Shown here: piece by piece, positions 60,531 to 64,000 of the stretch
Layout of the letters: each line of letters starts with the position of its first letter
Position numbering within the stretch: the stretch's first letter is position 1
NCBI GenBank assembly: GCA_964016885.1
Contig: OZ024742.1
Location: 143,778,001-143,842,000 of the forward strand
DNA length: 64,000 nucleotides
From: Eledone cirrhosa
Lineage: Eukaryota
Reading direction: 5' to 3'
Notes under the pieces: model-generated
The model's input: the letters and a program-made list of their open reading frames with translations, nothing else
Databases searched by the model: none
What the model was told of the DNA's origin: nothing
Position numbers and translations under genes: made by a program

Positions 60531-61327
60531 TAACAAATTAAAGTTTAAGCAAAGAATCGCTGCTTTCACCCCTAACGGGATCTTCTGAAACTAACAAAGT
60601 CAATCTGTGAACGCAGAAGTGAATATTTCAAAAAACGTTGCAACCGGAGGAAGACAGGAAGACGATACTTTGGTTCGTGGAAACGTTCCCTGGCAAAGAA
60701 CGGGAAAAAACGAATACAAGCCGTCATTTATTTATTTTCAGTTACCTCTGTATTTTATTTACTTTATTCTTAACTCTGAAGCCGAGAATCATTCGGTTTC
60801 CTAGTTAGAATTTTAGTCTGCGACTTCAGTTATACCATTTACGTGGTTTTGTCTTTGCGTGCAATTGTTCTCCACGCTCCACATATGACGTATTATCTTC
60901 GTTTTTTTCCGTTCATTGCCAGAGAACGTCTCTATGAACCACCCAAGAGAACATTAGTCTACGACTTCTTTTATACCATAAACGTGGTTTTGTCTTTGTG
61001 TGTAATTGTTTTTCACCGCTCCAAATAATGACGTATTATATTCGTTTTTTCCCGTTCTTTGCCAGGGGTCGTTTCCACGAACCAAAGTATCGACTTCCTG
61101 TTTTCCTCCGGTTGCAACGTTTTTTGAAATATTCACTTCTGCGTTCACAGATTGACTTTGTTAGTTTCAGAAGATCCCGTTAAGGGTGAAAGCAGCGATT
61201 CTTTGCTTAAACTTTAATCTGTTATTTTAATAAATAAATATTTGCTCTACGGTTTTTATATATTTGATATATATTTATCCTTATCGAGCCCTCTCTGGAT
61301 TTTAATCTTCAAATTTATTATTATTAC

Positions 61328-61328
<1 letters not shown>
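60525..61328. mobile_element. Fold-back hammerhead element, family F
   Basis: Arms about 60525-60716 and 61039-61230; internal about 141-bp direct repeat (60813-60940 vs 60954-61084); one-sided tail to 61328; (TA)n flanks. Confidence 0.8.
61163..61213 (+). ncRNA. Hammerhead-like fold with U4A core (family F)
   Basis: AGTTT-CAGAAGA-tCCC(gttaa)GGGt-GAAA-GCA..TGC-TT^-AAACT; mirror copy 60542-60591 (-) has the same variant. Confidence 0.55.
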
Positions 61329-61361
<33 letters not shown>

Positions 61362-61597
61362 CAATGAGAGAGAGAGAGAAAGAGAAGGGGGAGAGGTGGG
61401 TAAGGAATGAAACTAAATGTATAGTGAGTATTTTATTGTCTCACTGCATGCTTTCGTATCCTGCGCTAAAATGTTCTTTTCAGATAAATAACTATTTTAA
61501 AAATAAAACAATAAAAACGTGACGCACGTTCAGAATAGATTCAAAGTAAATATATATTTCAGGACTTGTTTTTTTCTTACTCTATGCTCATTGGTTG

Positions 61598-61650
<53 letters not shown>

Positions 61651-61658
61651 AGTGCGCG

Positions 61659-61705
<47 letters not shown>

Positions 61706-62550
61706 ATATATATATATATAAATATGTGTGTGTGTATGTGTGTGTATCACGCGCGTACACACAGACATACACATGCACACAGATATTCACAGACATACAT
61801 ACACGTAGACATACACATCTGTTCAACGTGCTAGGAAGACGTATCAAAGAAAGTGGTTGGTGGGGGAATTAAATTTATTTTGACAGATGTAAACTGGCGT
61901 GAGATTCAGCTGGCCGTACGAATGAATGTGGTCGTCGGCATTTTCCTTCATTCATTCTCTTCTCTTTTTCTCCTTTTCTTTCTTTTTATGGCCCTGAAAC
62001 TTTACTAGTGGGTTGGTGTGTATGAATAGTGGGTGGTAGAGAAATCTGAAATCAGGTTGCCGTTGGATATATAGCTAGCTGACTGCATGAAAAAGCATTA
62101 GACGAGTGGTAGAGAGGAGGTGGTATTATATACTAGACCCTACCAATGTTTAGAGTAATGCCGACTCACCAGCAAGGGGTTTTTGATATATGGGTAGGGA
62201 ATAAGGAAGTTGTGAATGAGTTGACATGGGATCCGTTTGCTATATTATCAACGTCATAACATTGGAATTACTAAAGGCCCCCCCCCCCCCCTCGAAATAG
62301 AATGTTAGTATCGTTTTTAAAAGATGGTGGTGGGGCAAACAAGGAGGATGAAACTTATTTAAAATGTTATTTTTCATAGGACAGCTAAGCTAGTGAGGTT
62401 GTCTGATGTGAATAGTATATTTACTAACATATATGGTATAGTAAGTAGCCCTATTTCTGTGACACCTGCAATTATTTCAGCTCCATGTTTGTTTTATTTT
62501 TCTTTGTGTAATAATAGTATAGTGATATCGGGTCCCACCTAAAACAAAGT

Positions 62551-62743
62551 AATAATTGTTTCTACTTTAGGCACAAGGCCAGCAATTACCCAGTGCATTA
62601 CTGGTACTTTATTTTATCGACCCCGTAAGGATGAAAGGCAAAGTCAACCTCGGCGGGATTTGAACTCAGATCGTAAAGGGACGTAACTATGCTGGAAAGC
62701 ATGGCGTCCGACCCTCTACCGATACTGCCAATCCACCGCCCTA
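62551..62743 (-). mobile_element. SINE family 1, full length
   Basis: Near-consensus copy including the GGGCGGTGGATTGG head. Confidence 0.9.
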
Positions 62744-63240
62744 ACTTAAATAATAATAACTGAAGTTAGCAAAGACATATGATAGAAATAATTTGAATCA
62801 TAACATTTCTCTTATATAGAAATGTTGGAGTAACTGCAGCTTTTTTCTCTCGGTGTAGCTTGGGTTATATTAACGCATGGATAGGCCCCGAGCTTTTCTG
62901 ATATTTCGAACCCCCCCCCCCCCCATCTGGCACTTCAATATTTCACCCCACTACAAAAAAAGAAAGAAATGACGCCTCTCTCTCCACCCTCAAACTTCAG
63001 CCTTGTCAGTTTTATGAATAATATATATGTAGTTACGCTAGATGCTTGAAATGACGGTAAAATCTCCCTTAAGTCATACACTACTTAAAAACAAAAGAAA
63101 AGAAATTGCACAATTTAGTCTTCGATACAAAAAGACTCATTAGTCATAATAGGCCTTCTCAATCAAAGCTAACCTAGTTATCCGATCTAAAGAGTATGAT
63201 AAACAGATCCATTTATTTATGTTGTATACTAACGCAAATA

Positions 63241-63655
63241 TAATAATTGTTTCTACTCTAGGCACAAGGCCAGCAATTATCCAGTGCATTACTGGTACTT
63301 TATTTTATCGACCCCGTAAGGATGAAAGGCAAAGTCAACCTCGGCGGGATTTGAACTCAAATATAATAATAATAATTGTTTCTACTTTTGGCACAAGGCC
63401 AGCAATTAATAATAATTGTTTCTACGTTAGGCACAAGGCCAGCAATTACCCAGTGTATTACTGGTACTTTAATAATAATTGTTTCTACTTTTGGCACAAG
63501 GCTAGCAATTATCCAGTGTATTACTGGTACTTTATTTTATCGACCCCGTAAGGATGAAAGGCAAAGTTAACCTCGGCGGGATTTGAACTCAGACCGTAAA
63601 GGGACGTAACTTTATGCTTCAAAGCATGGTGTGCGACTCTCTACCGATACTGCCA
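63241..63655 (-). mobile_element. Stack of four SINE family 1 3' ends, each restarting at (AAT)n
   Basis: AATAATTGTTTCTAC repeats at about 63242, 63371, 63411 and 63474; only the last runs to the tRNA head. Confidence 0.85.
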
Positions 63656-63809
63656 TACTTTAATAATAATGATATGCTGTTATTATTGTGGTCATTTGCG
63701 TTGAGACGCGCACATTTCACATTTCAAATGTTCCCAATACTTCTTAAGTCAACCGTTGTTTACACTTCTTGTTACATGCTTAAAATCTAAATATGCGTAA
63801 TTAGTGGCC

Positions 63810-63882
63810 CCCGGCTCATTAGCGTAATGGTTAACGCATTCATCCGACATTCGAGACATTCGGGGTTCAATTCCCCGCAGGC
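63810..63882 (+). other. tRNA-like pol III promoter sequence (probable SINE head or tRNA pseudogene)
   Basis: A box TAGCGTAATGG and T-arm CGGGGTTCAATTCCCCG; acceptor and anticodon stems do not pair. Confidence 0.45.
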
Positions 63883-63952
63883 GTTTCCGTCCACTTTTCC
63901 ATCTATCCTGTTATCATTAATAGCGATCGATTATTATTATGATCATTTGCAG

Positions 63953-64000
63953 AGCGGTGGATTGGCAGTATCAGTAGAGGGTCGGACGCCATGCTTTGCA
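63953..64000 (+). mobile_element. SINE family 1 5' end (runs off window)
   Basis: AGCGGTGGATTGGCAGTATCAGTAGAGGGTCGGACGCCATGC. Confidence 0.85.

Noticed and set aside
63810-63882. Functional tRNA gene
   Set aside because: Only the D- and T-arm boxes are good; acceptor and anticodon stems fail.

Overview
AT-rich eukaryotic (metazoan) repeat DNA; the SINE families and microsatellite load suggest an octopus/cephalopod genome (inference). No intact host gene is supported, and nearly all ORFs in the track are microsatellite translations. Bases 1-15257 are a (ACCACCACA)n satellite. The rest is (TA)n/(CA)n/(TATG)n/(GGT-GAT)n tracts with more than 25 copies or fragments of one tRNA-derived SINE, two CORE-type SINEs, two decayed L1/Tx1-like LINEs, an R4/Dong-like fragment, a Chapaev3-like DNA transposon with TIRs and TAA TSD, and a hAT-type MITE. 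The main signal is a dense set of fold-back (head-to-head inverted) elements, all embedded in (TA)n. About 14 type-I hammerhead ribozyme folds from at least 6 sequence families can be paired by hand, including U3:A8 and U4A core variants. One family carries a Penelope-like (PLE) GIY-YIG endonuclease remnant and forms a 2.8-kb palindrome. Others are short, non-coding and retrozyme-like, and several fold back inside the ribozyme stem II. All folds were done by eye; none is tested.
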